A DNA stretch of 64,000 bases from Alphaproteobacteria bacterium (GCA_050175015.1 JBFXJJ010000008.1:1-64000); one strand, 5' to 3'; positions 21,429-31,679 are shown, counted from the first letter of the stretch. Translations and numbers: made by a program. Notes: generated by a model from the letters alone, not told the origin.

Positions 21429-22607
21429 TTAGCTCTCATAATCTATGAGTTTTTTTATTAACTCAAAAGCTCTATCGACATCATCTTTGGTATTATAAAG
21501 CTGCAAGCTTATTCTTATGCTTTCTTTGTTTTCTGAAGAATTGTTGCAGTGAAGCCCGTGGCGTACACAAACATTGTTTTGTGATAAGTATTCGCCAACA
21601 TCGGACGCCTCAAAATCATCAAGGGTAAAAGCTAAAATGCCGAAATGTTTTTGAATGTTATAAATTCTTGTGGGATATACGAGATTTATTCTCGGGTGAG
21701 ATAAGAACTTCTCAAACATATAAGAGCTTAAATTTAAGATGCTTTGGGATATGGTTTCAATTCCAGTATCAATGATATAAGAAGCCGCTTCTCCTAAAGA
21801 TATAATGCCGCCGATATTAGGGGTGCCGCATTCTATCTTTTCATAAAAATTGGCGCCGTTTTTTTGTTCTCCACCGAAGAGAACAGGGAAAAATTCATTG
21901 TGCCTTATGGGGTTAACCCATAAAGCTCCAATGCCCGTTGTCGCAAACATTTTGTGTCCTGAAAACGATACGAAATCGGCACCAAAAGCTTGAACATCAA
22001 TTTTAGTATGGCTAACACTTTGAGCGGCATCAATATTCAAAGCACAGCCTTGAGGAAGCATAGCCTTAATTGCCGCAAGGTCATTTTCAACCCCTGCAAC
22101 ATTATGGATATGCGTAACATTAATTAATTTTGTTTGAGGGGTTATTTTTGATTTTATATCACTTAAGTTGATTTTGCCTGAAACATCAAGGTTATAAGGT
22201 ACAATTTTGATTTTATGAGGCAGGTTTTTAAAAGGCAGTACCATAGATTTGTGGTCTTTTTCACAAAGCATAATTTCATCGCCGCTTTTGAGGTTATGAG
22301 CCGCCCAGCACAGGGCAACAAGGTTCAGAGACATTGTTGCTCCAGAGGTAAAGACAATATCATTCGGAGAAGACGCATTGATTAATTTGGCAATATTAAT
22401 GCGGGATTTCTCTATTTCAAAATCTACTTTGCTGCTCCATTCATAGCTGCCACGTTTAGCGTTAGCACAAAAAAACTCTTTATATTGTTCTTCTTTTAAA
22501 AGGACGTTTTTGGGCTTTTGTGATGTGGCTGCGCTGTCTAGATAAATAACATCTGGATTGTTACTGAAAATTGGAAAATCGTCTTTAAAATTATTTTCTG
22601 ACATCAA
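21429..22607 (-). CDS. Class V PLP enzyme, SufS-like cysteine desulfurase/C-S lyase
   Basis: YLDSAATSQKP, DAAQS, FSGHKM and RHGLHC motifs. Confidence 0.88.
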   Translation of the reverse strand: MMSENNFKDDFPIFSNNPDVIYLDSAATSQKPKNVLLKEEQYKEFFCANAKRGSYEWSSKVDFEIEKSRINIAKLINASSPNDIVFTSGATMSLNLVALCWAAHNLKSGDEIMLCEKDHKSMVLPFKNLPHKIKIVPYNLDVSGKINLSDIKSKITPQTKLINVTHIHNVAGVENDLAAIKAMLPQGCALNIDAAQSVSHTKIDVQAFGADFVSFSGHKMFATTGIGALWVNPIRHNEFFPVLFGGEQKNGANFYEKIECGTPNIGGIISLGEAASYIIDTGIETISQSILNLSSYMFEKFLSHPRINLVYPTRIYNIQKHFGILAFTLDDFEASDVGEYLSQNNVCVRHGLHCNNSSENKESIRISLQLYNTKDDVDRAFELIKKLIDYES

Positions 22608-23265
22608 AAATAATTACCTCATTATAATTGGTTATATGCTCTAGTTGTCTTTTCTCTAATAAGTTAATCTCTAAACCAGCATCTTTGAAGGCTTTTTTAT
22701 ATGCATCTAAATCAGGGTTCAGCGTTCCCTCATTGCCGCTTTTGATAAGCTCTAAGGTTCGATCATTTTGCGTTTCATATCTGGTAGATACTCCGAGCAG
22801 ACGACCATTTTGTTTTAGCATTTGAGCGCAGTTATGAAAGCTCTTTTGAAAAATATCAAAACTATTAACTGATGCAATACATTCAAAAGCCGTAATAACA
22901 TCAAAGGTGCGCTCTAAGGGTTTCTGAGAAAAATCATAGTTTAAAATCTCATTGGTTTTTTCAATGATATGCGCAATGGTTTCCATGCTGTTTAACCCTA
23001 AATATTCTAAAAATTCGCTATCGGTTTCATTAAGGTCATCGGGATCCAGATAAGAGATTTTATTTTGCAGTACCGCAATAACGTTATCATTCTTATCACT
23101 AAAATTAAGCTCATCAACTTTAGCGGCATAAGCAAAACTAAAGCCGAAAGGATTCTCGCCTGAACCTAAATCTAAAACTTTTCCACCTTTTATGGTTTCA
23201 GCCAGCTCAAGTTTAATTCTTTTTAAAGCAGTTAATCCTGAGTTCCAGATGCATAAGTTAGCCAT
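22591..23265 (-). CDS. Class I SAM-dependent methyltransferase (NNMT/TEMT-like)
   Basis: VLDLGSG motif I; FDVITAFECI...MLKQNGRLL. Confidence 0.75.
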   Translation of the reverse strand: MANLCIWNSGLTALKRIKLELAETIKGGKVLDLGSGENPFGFSFAYAAKVDELNFSDKNDNVIAVLQNKISYLDPDDLNETDSEFLEYLGLNSMETIAHIIEKTNEILNYDFSQKPLERTFDVITAFECIASVNSFDIFQKSFHNCAQMLKQNGRLLGVSTRYETQNDRTLELIKSGNEGTLNPDLDAYKKAFKDAGLEINLLEKRQLEHITNYNEVIIFDVRK

Positions 23266-24589
23266 GGCTTGCCGATTTTTCTAAATTGCCGCCAAACTTC
23301 TTATATGCCTGAATCCCGCCTTCTAAAGAATAAGCATTATATCCTTGCATTTTTAAGAAAGCGGCATAACGATTAGAAATATCGCCAACTCGGCAAGTAA
23401 TTATTATGGTCTTATCATCAGGGAAGGCTCTTCCGCTTTCCAGCATAATAGCTAAAGCTTCATCAAGGATATTGATTGAATTGGGAATATGTCCCATTGA
23501 ATATGCAAAATTACCACGAATATCAATGACCAAAGGTTTTTTAGCAAGATAATCATCTAACTCCTCAGCCTTAATGATATTGGCGGTTGCAATTTCTTCT
23601 GGATTTAAAGACGTTACGGTTTTTTTAGTTGTTGTTGCACCCGCAAAAATTTCAGGAGCGTGCTGTTTTAAAAAGCTCATATAAAGCTCAACTCTGTCGC
23701 AGGCAATAAAAACGGCAGTTTTTCTTTCTCCTGATTTTTCTAATTCCTCATCTATTGTTTTTAAATGTTTTACGGTTGCGTAATAAGCGAGACCACCTGT
23801 TGGACCGCACATAACACCGCACTTGCGATTGAGTGTAAGAAGCCCTTCAACAGCTTGTTTGGTATCTCCAGTTATTAAATCATCATAATGTTCACGGCGG
23901 TAAAGACCAACTTCCCAAAGTTCATTCATATTGCGTCCGCCAGGAATATTATGACCAGCTTCGGCAACAATGCCATATATTTTTAATTGCGGATTATGCT
24001 CTCTTAGGTAGCGACCTGTACCTAATGTAGAACCGCAAGTTCCAAGAAATGAATAAAAATAATCAACATTTCCTAAATCATCAACAAGTTCTTTACCTGT
24101 TGTGCGGTAATGGGTTGTAGGATTTAGTTCGCTATAATATTGATCGGTGTAATGATATTTTTCTGGTTCAGTTTTTAAAATATTAGCGGTGTATTGCAAG
24201 GTATCATTCGGATCAAATGGATCTGGGCAATCGGAAAGAGATGGCAATTCATCAATATCAGCTCCTAGAGTTTGAAGAATCTGTCTCATTTCAGGGTATT
24301 TGATGCGGCTACTGATAACACGGCAGCCAATACCATTTACACTGGCGAGCGCCGTTAGAGCTTTTGCAGTATTGCCGCTAGATGCCTCAATAACTCTTTT
24401 TCCTGATTTTTTTATCTCTTCAATATATGGCTCTAACAAACCTTTAGCAATACGATCTTTAACTGAACCAAAGGGGTTGTAATATTCAAGCTTAGCATAG
24501 AGGTCGATATTTTTTAATCCGTGAATTTCAGGAGAGATTAGCAACACAGGGGTGTTCCCAACCATATCCATAACGCTATTATACTTCAT
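23258..24589 (-). CDS. Cysteine synthase/CBS-family PLP enzyme fused to a rhodanese domain
   Basis: KLEYYNPFGSVKDR, EASSGNT and GTCGS motifs; C-terminal IDIR..GHIPNS..CRVG..LEGG. Confidence 0.88.
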   Translation of the reverse strand: MKYNSVMDMVGNTPVLLISPEIHGLKNIDLYAKLEYYNPFGSVKDRIAKGLLEPYIEEIKKSGKRVIEASSGNTAKALTALASVNGIGCRVISSRIKYPEMRQILQTLGADIDELPSLSDCPDPFDPNDTLQYTANILKTEPEKYHYTDQYYSELNPTTHYRTTGKELVDDLGNVDYFYSFLGTCGSTLGTGRYLREHNPQLKIYGIVAEAGHNIPGGRNMNELWEVGLYRREHYDDLITGDTKQAVEGLLTLNRKCGVMCGPTGGLAYYATVKHLKTIDEELEKSGERKTAVFIACDRVELYMSFLKQHAPEIFAGATTTKKTVTSLNPEEIATANIIKAEELDDYLAKKPLVIDIRGNFAYSMGHIPNSINILDEALAIMLESGRAFPDDKTIIITCRVGDISNRYAAFLKMQGYNAYSLEGGIQAYKKFGGNLEKSASHG

Positions 24590-24596
24590 TGTTTTT

Positions 24597-26042
24597 TTAC
24601 TCCGTCAGAAATGGGGAATAGTTATTATCAGATAAAAGCTGCCATTGTTGATTGCTATTTTGGACAGCGGTTAGTTTTGAGCCTAATGAATGTTGATGGG
24701 GCGCAGCATCTTGGAAATCAGAAGAATAGGCAGCGGTATCAAAAAAGCATATTAGGTCTCCTCTCTTTGGTGTTTTAGGAAAACATATTTCTCTTTTCAT
24801 AATAACATCGTGTTCACCGCATAGGTTGCCTATAATATAACCAGAACAAGCCTCTAAAGAGGTTTCATCTTTAGATATTAGAATCGGATCGGCTAGATAA
24901 TCGATGAAGTCGATAGAAAGATTATATAAGTTGCCTTCTGTTACAAAAAGATTTTCACCTTTGGCATTTTTCTTGGTTTCGATAACTCGCATAAATGTCA
25001 AGCCAGCTAATTGATAAATTGATTTTCCAGGTTCAAACATTACTTCAAAGTCATTCTCGGCAATAATATCGCAAAGTCTACGTCCTCTAAGTGAAGAATT
25101 AAGGAACATCTTATCAAGGGTTTCATCAAAATCCTTAAAGATAAAATGAACCATAAGATTGTTTCTTCCTGTAACTCTGCCTTTGTCGTTTAATTGCATA
25201 CCATAAGGGAAGCCTCGCCACGTGTGAGTTTCGGTGCCGTTTATTATAGCTTCTTCTAATGATGTTATGAATTGTTCACATTGAATCGAATCTTCAAAGC
25301 GGGGACGCCTAAAGCCGCCGCCAACATCAATAATAGTAGGCTCTAAACCCATTTTCCAAAAATCTTCCATCATTGTAAGCATAGATTCTAAATATCCAGC
25401 TCTGACATCACCATTTTGCTCATCAGTATGAAAATGAATCCCCTTAAAATTTAAAGATTTACAGCTTGAGATAAGTTCTAAAGAGGCTTTGATGTCTTCT
25501 TTGGTCATTCCAAAGCGGGAATTTCTTTGCAGCATTTTACGGTCAGCATTTTGAATGCCTGAAAGGCGTAGTAAAATATTGGTTTTGGGAACATCTGTAA
25601 TATTGCTGCGAATAGCTATTAGTCTTTTCAATTCCTCAATAGAATCGATACTGATTAAACAGTTGTGTAATATTGCAAGGGTTAAAAAATCGGTATTTTT
25701 AACGCCTGTTGTTCCAATATTGTTTCCTGTAAAACCTGCGCTTAAGGCTGATATAAGTTCGCTTTTTGAGGCAACATCAATCCCTGTTTTCATAAATCTT
25801 GCTTGTTTGATTAAGGTATTCGATTTGGTAGGTTTATGAGAACATAAGATTTTATATTCAAAGCCATACTGGTCTATCTTTGCGCTTAAGTCTTTGATGT
25901 TTTTTGCCATAAGCTCTGGAAAAACAATATGCAAAGGACCGTTGTAAGTTGTATTTACGGCATTGAAAACAAGTTCTTTTTGGCGGATTAAATCACCCAT
26001 TAGGCTGGGCAAAATTGGCTTTAAACAAGGAATGTTTGTCAT
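24597..26042 (-). CDS. Fold-type III PLP decarboxylase (LysA-like, Y4yA-like)
   Basis: HKPTKS (PLP Lys), DVAS..EL, SRFG, HFH, DVGGG, EPGK, GNLC..HD and AAY motifs. Confidence 0.82.
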   Translation of the reverse strand: MTNIPCLKPILPSLMGDLIRQKELVFNAVNTTYNGPLHIVFPELMAKNIKDLSAKIDQYGFEYKILCSHKPTKSNTLIKQARFMKTGIDVASKSELISALSAGFTGNNIGTTGVKNTDFLTLAILHNCLISIDSIEELKRLIAIRSNITDVPKTNILLRLSGIQNADRKMLQRNSRFGMTKEDIKASLELISSCKSLNFKGIHFHTDEQNGDVRAGYLESMLTMMEDFWKMGLEPTIIDVGGGFRRPRFEDSIQCEQFITSLEEAIINGTETHTWRGFPYGMQLNDKGRVTGRNNLMVHFIFKDFDETLDKMFLNSSLRGRRLCDIIAENDFEVMFEPGKSIYQLAGLTFMRVIETKKNAKGENLFVTEGNLYNLSIDFIDYLADPILISKDETSLEACSGYIIGNLCGEHDVIMKREICFPKTPKRGDLICFFDTAAYSSDFQDAAPHQHSLGSKLTAVQNSNQQWQLLSDNNYSPFLTE

Positions 26043-26106
26043 TTTATTAGCTTTTTTATTAAGTTTTTAAAAAGCCAATTTTGCGCCATTGGGTATTTTT
26101 TTTCAA

Positions 26107-27546
26107 CTATATTTTCTCTTTAGTTTCTCCAACAAGTTTTGTAACGGCTCTTGTAGCAAATTTAGGATTAGCTAAAGCTGAAGGTCCCGCGATACAGCCT
26201 CCGTTGCAAGCCATAACTTCAACTAAATTGCCAGAGCAGCCTTTGCAGGCAAAACGTTTTAAGAGCTTTATAGCTTCTTTATCTAAACCGTCGATTTTTT
26301 CTGGAATTATATTGGCGTTTTCACCTGCAATAGCTTGAACAGCTGCGGCAACTCCTCCAGAGATAGGGAAGTTTCTAGCATTACCTGAGGCATATTTAGA
26401 TATTGTTACAGGCTCACAGGCTGTAACATCAATATTCGATGCCACAAAAATAGCGCCGAGTTCTTCAAAGGTTAAGACGTGGTCAACGTTTTCATCGCTA
26501 TAAGCTTCAGTTCTTTTGGCAACGCAAGGACCAATGAAGACAGCAACGCAGTCAGGTTTTTCCTTTTTTACAATTTCAGCCGTATATCTCATTGGTGAGA
26601 GCGTGGTTGAAACGTATTTGCTCAGCTCTGGAATATGTTTTTTTACAGCTTCAACATAGGCAGGACAGCATGAGGTAGTCATAAAGCTTTGACCTTCGCT
26701 CATCTTATGCAAAAATTCTTTTGCTTCATTTTCGGTTGTTATATCAGCTCCCGTGGCAACTTCAATAACATCTGAAAAACCAGCTTTAAGCAAAGCACCA
26801 GCTAATTGCTCTAAGGTTCCTGGAAACTGTCCAACAATGGCAGGGGCAATCATGGCCACGATGTTTTTCTTGTTTTTTATTTTTCTTAAAACATCAACGA
26901 TGTGGGATCTCTCCATAATCGCCCCAAACGGACACGCAAGTAAACACTTGCCGCAAGAAATGCATTTTTCTTGGTCAATGTGTTCTTTGCCGTTTTCGTC
27001 TTTGGTGATAGCCCCAACAGGGCAAGCTTCTTCGCAAGGTACAGGAATTCTAATAATGGAATGGTAAGGGCAAGCTTCAAAACACCTGCCGCAGTTAACA
27101 CATAAATCAGGATTAATTTCAGCTTTTCCTTTTTTAATGGTTATTGCTTCTTTAGGACAGTTAAGAGTACACGGCCTAGCTAAACAACCCTGACAAGCGT
27201 TAGTAACCATATATTGAGCCTTAATACAGCCTTGGCATGCAGCATCAATAACAGTTAAAATTTCTTTGGCATTTTGAGACCGAAGTAAGGCTTCTTTGGC
27301 ATATTCTGAAAGTGGTTTTAATTCGTCTTTTTCGTCTTCGATAGCAAAGCCCATCGAAGCCATACAGGCATATTTAATAATTGCACGGTCTTTGTATATG
27401 CAGCATCTTAAGTTGGCGCTGTCTTTAGGGCGCATCTCAAGAGGGATACGGTCTAGATTATGTTCTAAATCATCTTCTAGAAAGGCTTTTGATAGTTTGA
27501 TTAAGATTTCTTTTCTTATTCTTGCGGCATTATTATTAGGTAACAT
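26107..27546 (-). CDS. Monomeric ferredoxin-type [FeFe]-hydrogenase (group B-like)
   Basis: H-cluster motifs TSCCPAY, GPCVAKRTE and EVMACNGGC; several CxxCxxC..CP ferredoxin motifs. Confidence 0.92.
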   Translation of the reverse strand: MLPNNNAARIRKEILIKLSKAFLEDDLEHNLDRIPLEMRPKDSANLRCCIYKDRAIIKYACMASMGFAIEDEKDELKPLSEYAKEALLRSQNAKEILTVIDAACQGCIKAQYMVTNACQGCLARPCTLNCPKEAITIKKGKAEINPDLCVNCGRCFEACPYHSIIRIPVPCEEACPVGAITKDENGKEHIDQEKCISCGKCLLACPFGAIMERSHIVDVLRKIKNKKNIVAMIAPAIVGQFPGTLEQLAGALLKAGFSDVIEVATGADITTENEAKEFLHKMSEGQSFMTTSCCPAYVEAVKKHIPELSKYVSTTLSPMRYTAEIVKKEKPDCVAVFIGPCVAKRTEAYSDENVDHVLTFEELGAIFVASNIDVTACEPVTISKYASGNARNFPISGGVAAAVQAIAGENANIIPEKIDGLDKEAIKLLKRFACKGCSGNLVEVMACNGGCIAGPSALANPKFATRAVTKLVGETKEKI

Positions 27547-27560
27547 TGTCCTCGCCCTCT

Positions 27561-27812
27561 TTATAGCATTTTTTTAAGTTCTTCGATAATTTTATGAATA
27601 GTAGCTTCGTCAATTACTTTGCCGTCAATTAGAACGAAAGGGCCTTTGTTATAATTGCCATCTTTGCAAAAATCTAAACAACGGACATATTCAATCTCAA
27701 CTTTATTTCTTAATTCTTCAGGAAGCTCTGTTTCTAGTTCTTGAATATTAGATGCTCCCATCACGAAACAGCTCGTTCCGGTACAAATTTTAATATTAAT
27801 CTTTTTTGCCAT
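27561..27812 (-). CDS. Thioredoxin-like [2Fe-2S] ferredoxin (NuoE-like)
   Basis: CTGTSC...CLDFC..GP motif. Confidence 0.85.
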   Translation of the reverse strand: MAKKINIKICTGTSCFVMGASNIQELETELPEELRNKVEIEYVRCLDFCKDGNYNKGPFVLIDGKVIDEATIHKIIEELKKML

Positions 27813-27826
27813 ATCTCGTATCCTCG

Positions 27827-29002
27827 TTAAATAAATTTAATAGTTGTTTCTTTTAAATATTTTTCAGTAAGTACTTTATTAATACGTTTTATGATGTTGC
27901 GTCTTATTTCTAAATCTACAGGCAGATTTGGGTCTTGATGCGCATTGTTAATTCTTGTTCCTACCATAAATTCTATAATATCGCTGTCGAGTAAAAGGTC
28001 GGCTAGTTTTACTGCGGCATTTTTTTTCTTCGGCCAAATTTCATCTTCCAATATTTGAGCAACTTTAGTTAAGGTTAAAATTCCTTCTGTTACAAGATCC
28101 ACTCTTTCCATAATTGATGCTGCAGGAATTTCCTTATCAATAGTTGAGGTATCTATTCTGCTTTTAAGTTCAAGTTCTCTTTCAATGATATTAGCGCTGG
28201 TTCCGCCGCAAATAGCCTTTTTCCCTTCATAATTATTGAATGTTTCCGCTATTTCACTGTCTTTGTTTTCATCGAAAGGAGGACCTGATAAAAGAAGCAA
28301 TTTTCTAGGCTTTCTAAAATATACGACGGTACAGCTCATATCATCGCCGGCAACTTCTCCAATCTCTTTGGTTTTGGCTTCATCAATAATCATTCTAGCA
28401 AGGCTTCGTGCCGATATATTCTTGTCATTATTTATAATGTTGAGAACAAATTTTTCACAGCCCTCATTCCTCCAACCAAGAGGGTAGGCTCTATTTCCTA
28501 AACCTGCTTGACTTATACCGTCAGAAAAAACAATGATTCTATCTTCTGGTTTAGTTTCAAATTCATAAACTCTGATTTTTCTTTTTTCCCATTTAGGAGA
28601 AGAGAGTTCTTCAAACGGAAGTGGGATTGATTTGCCATCTCTGATAAAAAGCATAGGAGGATTATCCATTTCAAAAACTCTGGTATTTCCACCTGCGGTA
28701 CAATCAATTATAGTGAACGTCGCATAGCTTATTTTTCGTACCTGACAAATAGGAAGCGCTTCCATAATAATTTCTGAGGAACGTAAAATTTCCATATTTC
28801 CTGCAATGAATTTTGCTGCCATTCTTGAGGTCATAGATGCCAAAACATTGGCTTTAACACCGCTTCCTAAACCGTCAGACAACACCGAAACAATCCTTTG
28901 TTCATTAGGTATTTTGCAAGAAAAGATAGCATCTCCACAAATAACTTGATTGTGTTTGGTCTCTTGAGCGCTTTCGATTTCGATGTATAACGTATTAAGC
29001 AT
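27827..29002 (-). CDS. SpoIIE/PP2C-type serine phosphatase (HfsC-like)
   Basis: CGD, LSDGLGSGVKA, FSDG and DDMS motifs; hydrogenase operon context. Confidence 0.88.
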   Translation of the reverse strand: MLNTLYIEIESAQETKHNQVICGDAIFSCKIPNEQRIVSVLSDGLGSGVKANVLASMTSRMAAKFIAGNMEILRSSEIIMEALPICQVRKISYATFTIIDCTAGGNTRVFEMDNPPMLFIRDGKSIPLPFEELSSPKWEKRKIRVYEFETKPEDRIIVFSDGISQAGLGNRAYPLGWRNEGCEKFVLNIINNDKNISARSLARMIIDEAKTKEIGEVAGDDMSCTVVYFRKPRKLLLLSGPPFDENKDSEIAETFNNYEGKKAICGGTSANIIERELELKSRIDTSTIDKEIPAASIMERVDLVTEGILTLTKVAQILEDEIWPKKKNAAVKLADLLLDSDIIEFMVGTRINNAHQDPNLPVDLEIRRNIIKRINKVLTEKYLKETTIKFI

Positions 29003-29008
29003 TGCAAG

Positions 29009-30763
29009 TTAATCCTTTGGTGTATTTTTTTTGTTCGGATTAAAAACTTGGACTTGAGACTTTTCATTAGTGCCAAAATCTTCGGCAATAGAGCGAAGAA
29101 GCATCTCAGTTTCAGCCATATGCTCTCCTAAAGTGCAAGCAATATTCTGTACGGTAGATAGGTTTTTAGCAATAACTTCGCTGGCTCTTTTAGCAATTTG
29201 GTCTCTGCGCATCTGCATTCTGGTTACGTCTTGGATAATTCCGCCGATAATCAAATTAGGATTAATTGTAAAAACCGTTATGTCATATAACTTGCCATCA
29301 ATTCTAAAGTTCTCTCTCTTCAAATCTTCTCCTGTAGCTAAAACGGTTTTAAACATATCCGTCATAGGAAGAACAGCTTTTAAGTGCATTCCTTCCAAAT
29401 TAGCAGCAGCATATCCTTCGGGCATATTAAGAGGAGGAAACATTTCGGAAAACTTGTGGTTATGTTCGATTATCTGCATAGAGTCATTTATAACAACGAT
29501 ACCAGCAGGAATTGATTTAATAATAGCATTAGCTTTTTTCATCGCTTGTTTACGCATAAATGAAACGCACATTTCAGATTCTGCTCTGCCATCAATTAAA
29601 GCTTTAGCAAATGAGCGGCAATTATTGTATCCACAGCCACCACAGTTAAGTTCATCATCTTTGCTATGCTTGCCAATGCTTGCAAGAGCTTCTTTAATTG
29701 TTTCTTCATCAGGATTCATAAAGCTTAAAGCGCTCGGAGAATACTCTTTAGTAAGGTCGATTTTGCTTTCTCTGGTTTTCATCTTTGCTTTTGATAAAAT
29801 ATCAAGTCTTCCTGTAATGCCATTGTTGCAGTGAGATGTGCAGGGGCCATTTATACAGCCGCCATAACAAGCTAGTCCTTCAATGAAAGTTGTGGGGCAT
29901 AAGCTGTTTGTTGCTTCTTCATATCCTTCTAATTCTCTTCTCAAGGCAAGCGTTCCTGAAACTGGAAACATATAATAGTCAGTTGAAAGATATGACCTGA
30001 TTGTTTCAATCATTCCGCCTTCTATTGGGTATACGCCGCCTTCTTCTGATAGTTCTGGAATAAAGTGTTCACAGGCATCAACTTCAATGGTTTTTAAATC
30101 AACATTACGTTCTTCTAAAAGTTCTCTTAAGTCTTCAAAAGTCAAGGCTAGAGATAGAATGTCAGGATTTTCATCTGCTTCTAATTTTTTAGCAATGCAG
30201 GGACCGAAAAATACGACTGAAATATCTTCGCCATAGAGTGCTTTCAACATTTTGGAATGAGCAAGCAGAGGCGACATAAGCTGTGATATTTTGTTGGTAT
30301 GCTGGGGCATATATTTTTTTATATAGGCGACAATTGATGGACAGGCAGAAGAAACCATAATGCCATTTTTATATTCTGGCAGGATTTTAGCAATCTGTGC
30401 CGATACTTCTTGTGCGCCAAGAGCTGTTTCGCTTACACCAAAGATGCCAAAGCTTTTAAGAGCCTTAATTATCTGGCTTGCATCAATATTTTTAAATTCG
30501 CTTTTCCAAGATGGGGCTAGCGAGATAATTATTTTTTTGTTTGTTTCAATAAGCAATTTAAGGCGCCCTAAATCATCTCTAACCTTTTTTGCTTTTGTGG
30601 GGCAGACTTCAACACATTTGCCACAATAAATGCACATTTCAGGAATAACCATAGCGTGCCCAGCTTCAATTCTAATCGCCTTTACTGGACAGTTGCGAAC
30701 GCATTTATAACAATCTTGGCAGTTGTTTTTTACGGTATAAATTGGTTCTAAATTATTGCTCAT
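29009..30763 (-). CDS. Sensory [FeFe]-hydrogenase with FeS and PAS domains (HydS/HfsB-like, group C)
   Basis: 2x[4Fe-4S] motifs; SSACP (no proton-transfer Cys), GPCIAKKLE and EGLACYGGC; CGGCGYNNC FeS domain; C-terminal PAS. Confidence 0.9.
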   Translation of the reverse strand: MSNNLEPIYTVKNNCQDCYKCVRNCPVKAIRIEAGHAMVIPEMCIYCGKCVEVCPTKAKKVRDDLGRLKLLIETNKKIIISLAPSWKSEFKNIDASQIIKALKSFGIFGVSETALGAQEVSAQIAKILPEYKNGIMVSSACPSIVAYIKKYMPQHTNKISQLMSPLLAHSKMLKALYGEDISVVFFGPCIAKKLEADENPDILSLALTFEDLRELLEERNVDLKTIEVDACEHFIPELSEEGGVYPIEGGMIETIRSYLSTDYYMFPVSGTLALRRELEGYEEATNSLCPTTFIEGLACYGGCINGPCTSHCNNGITGRLDILSKAKMKTRESKIDLTKEYSPSALSFMNPDEETIKEALASIGKHSKDDELNCGGCGYNNCRSFAKALIDGRAESEMCVSFMRKQAMKKANAIIKSIPAGIVVINDSMQIIEHNHKFSEMFPPLNMPEGYAAANLEGMHLKAVLPMTDMFKTVLATGEDLKRENFRIDGKLYDITVFTINPNLIIGGIIQDVTRMQMRRDQIAKRASEVIAKNLSTVQNIACTLGEHMAETEMLLRSIAEDFGTNEKSQVQVFNPNKKNTPKD

Positions 30764-31010
30764 TTTCTTCTTCTTTTACTGCTTGTTTAATTATGTCAAT
30801 AATACTTCCAATATCGGCATTGTGATAAATCTTACCGTTGATTCTAATGTTTGGTCCTTTAGAACAAGCATTTTCACAACGACAGCCGACAAGCTCTACT
30901 TTACTGCTTAAGTCATTCTTTTTGATAAACTCTTCAATAAGTTCAAGATTATCTAAATTGCCTCTTGCAAAGCAGGAACTCCCCATACAAATTGAAACTA
31001 CGACCGCCAT
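30753..31010 (-). CDS. Thioredoxin-like [2Fe-2S] ferredoxin (HfsA-like)
   Basis: CMGSSCFARGN...CENACSKGP motif. Confidence 0.87.
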   Translation of the reverse strand: MAVVVSICMGSSCFARGNLDNLELIEEFIKKNDLSSKVELVGCRCENACSKGPNIRINGKIYHNADIGSIIDIIKQAVKEEENEQ

Positions 31011-31021
31011 TTTAAAGCTCC

Positions 31022-31669
31022 TTATTTATGATGCAAAACTTTACTTAACTTAACAGAAAGTTCTGCTAAGCCTGATGATAAATCTTCTTTTTGAGTAACG
31101 ATGGTATCAGGGGTTTTTAGTTTTACCGGCGTAAAGTTCCAAATAGCCCTTATTCCAGCATCAACTAGTTTGTCAACCACATCTTGAGCAGCTTTTGAAG
31201 GAACTGCTAAAATCGCCATATTAATGTTCATTCTTGGAACTAAATCATAAAGTTTATCTATCGGAAAAATCTCTTTACCATAAATTTTGGTTCCAATCTT
31301 TTGAGGGTCGACATCAAATCCTGCAACAATATTTAAGCCATTTCCAGTAAAACCTTGGTAACCTAGGATAGCAGAACCCAAATTGCCGACGCCTACTAAA
31401 AAGGCATCTGTTGTGTTATTCCAACCTAAAAAGTTTTCAATATTATCTATGAGTTCTTCAATATCAAAGCCTATACGTGGTTTTCCTAAAGAGCCTGTAG
31501 ATGCGATGTCTTTGCGGACAACAATCGAATCTATATCTAAAATTTCTGCAAAGTAAGTTGCTGAAACGGTTTTTTCATTTTTTTGCTGCAAATCTTTAGC
31601 CAACCTTAAATATGCAGGTAGGCGTCTTATTGTTGGAATTCCTATAGTTTTATCGAAAACAGCTACCAT
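31022..31669 (-). CDS. rex: Redox-sensing transcriptional repressor Rex
   Basis: PTIRRLPAYLR, VRKD, GVGNLG Rossmann motif and IWNF.P. Confidence 0.93.
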   Translation of the reverse strand: MVAVFDKTIGIPTIRRLPAYLRLAKDLQQKNEKTVSATYFAEILDIDSIVVRKDIASTGSLGKPRIGFDIEELIDNIENFLGWNNTTDAFLVGVGNLGSAILGYQGFTGNGLNIVAGFDVDPQKIGTKIYGKEIFPIDKLYDLVPRMNINMAILAVPSKAAQDVVDKLVDAGIRAIWNFTPVKLKTPDTIVTQKEDLSSGLAELSVKLSKVLHHK

Positions 31670-31679
31670 TATTACACCT

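Noticed and set aside
21429-26042. suf Fe-S operon, staphyloferrin-type siderophore cluster or dnd phosphorothioation locus
   Set aside because: There are no sufBCD/sufE, NIS synthetase, SbnB-like or dndBCDE genes nearby.
29070-29834. 254-aa plus-strand ORF, and the many other short antisense ORFs in the track
   Set aside because: They lie wholly opposite well-supported genes and have no recognisable motifs; treated as shadow ORFs.
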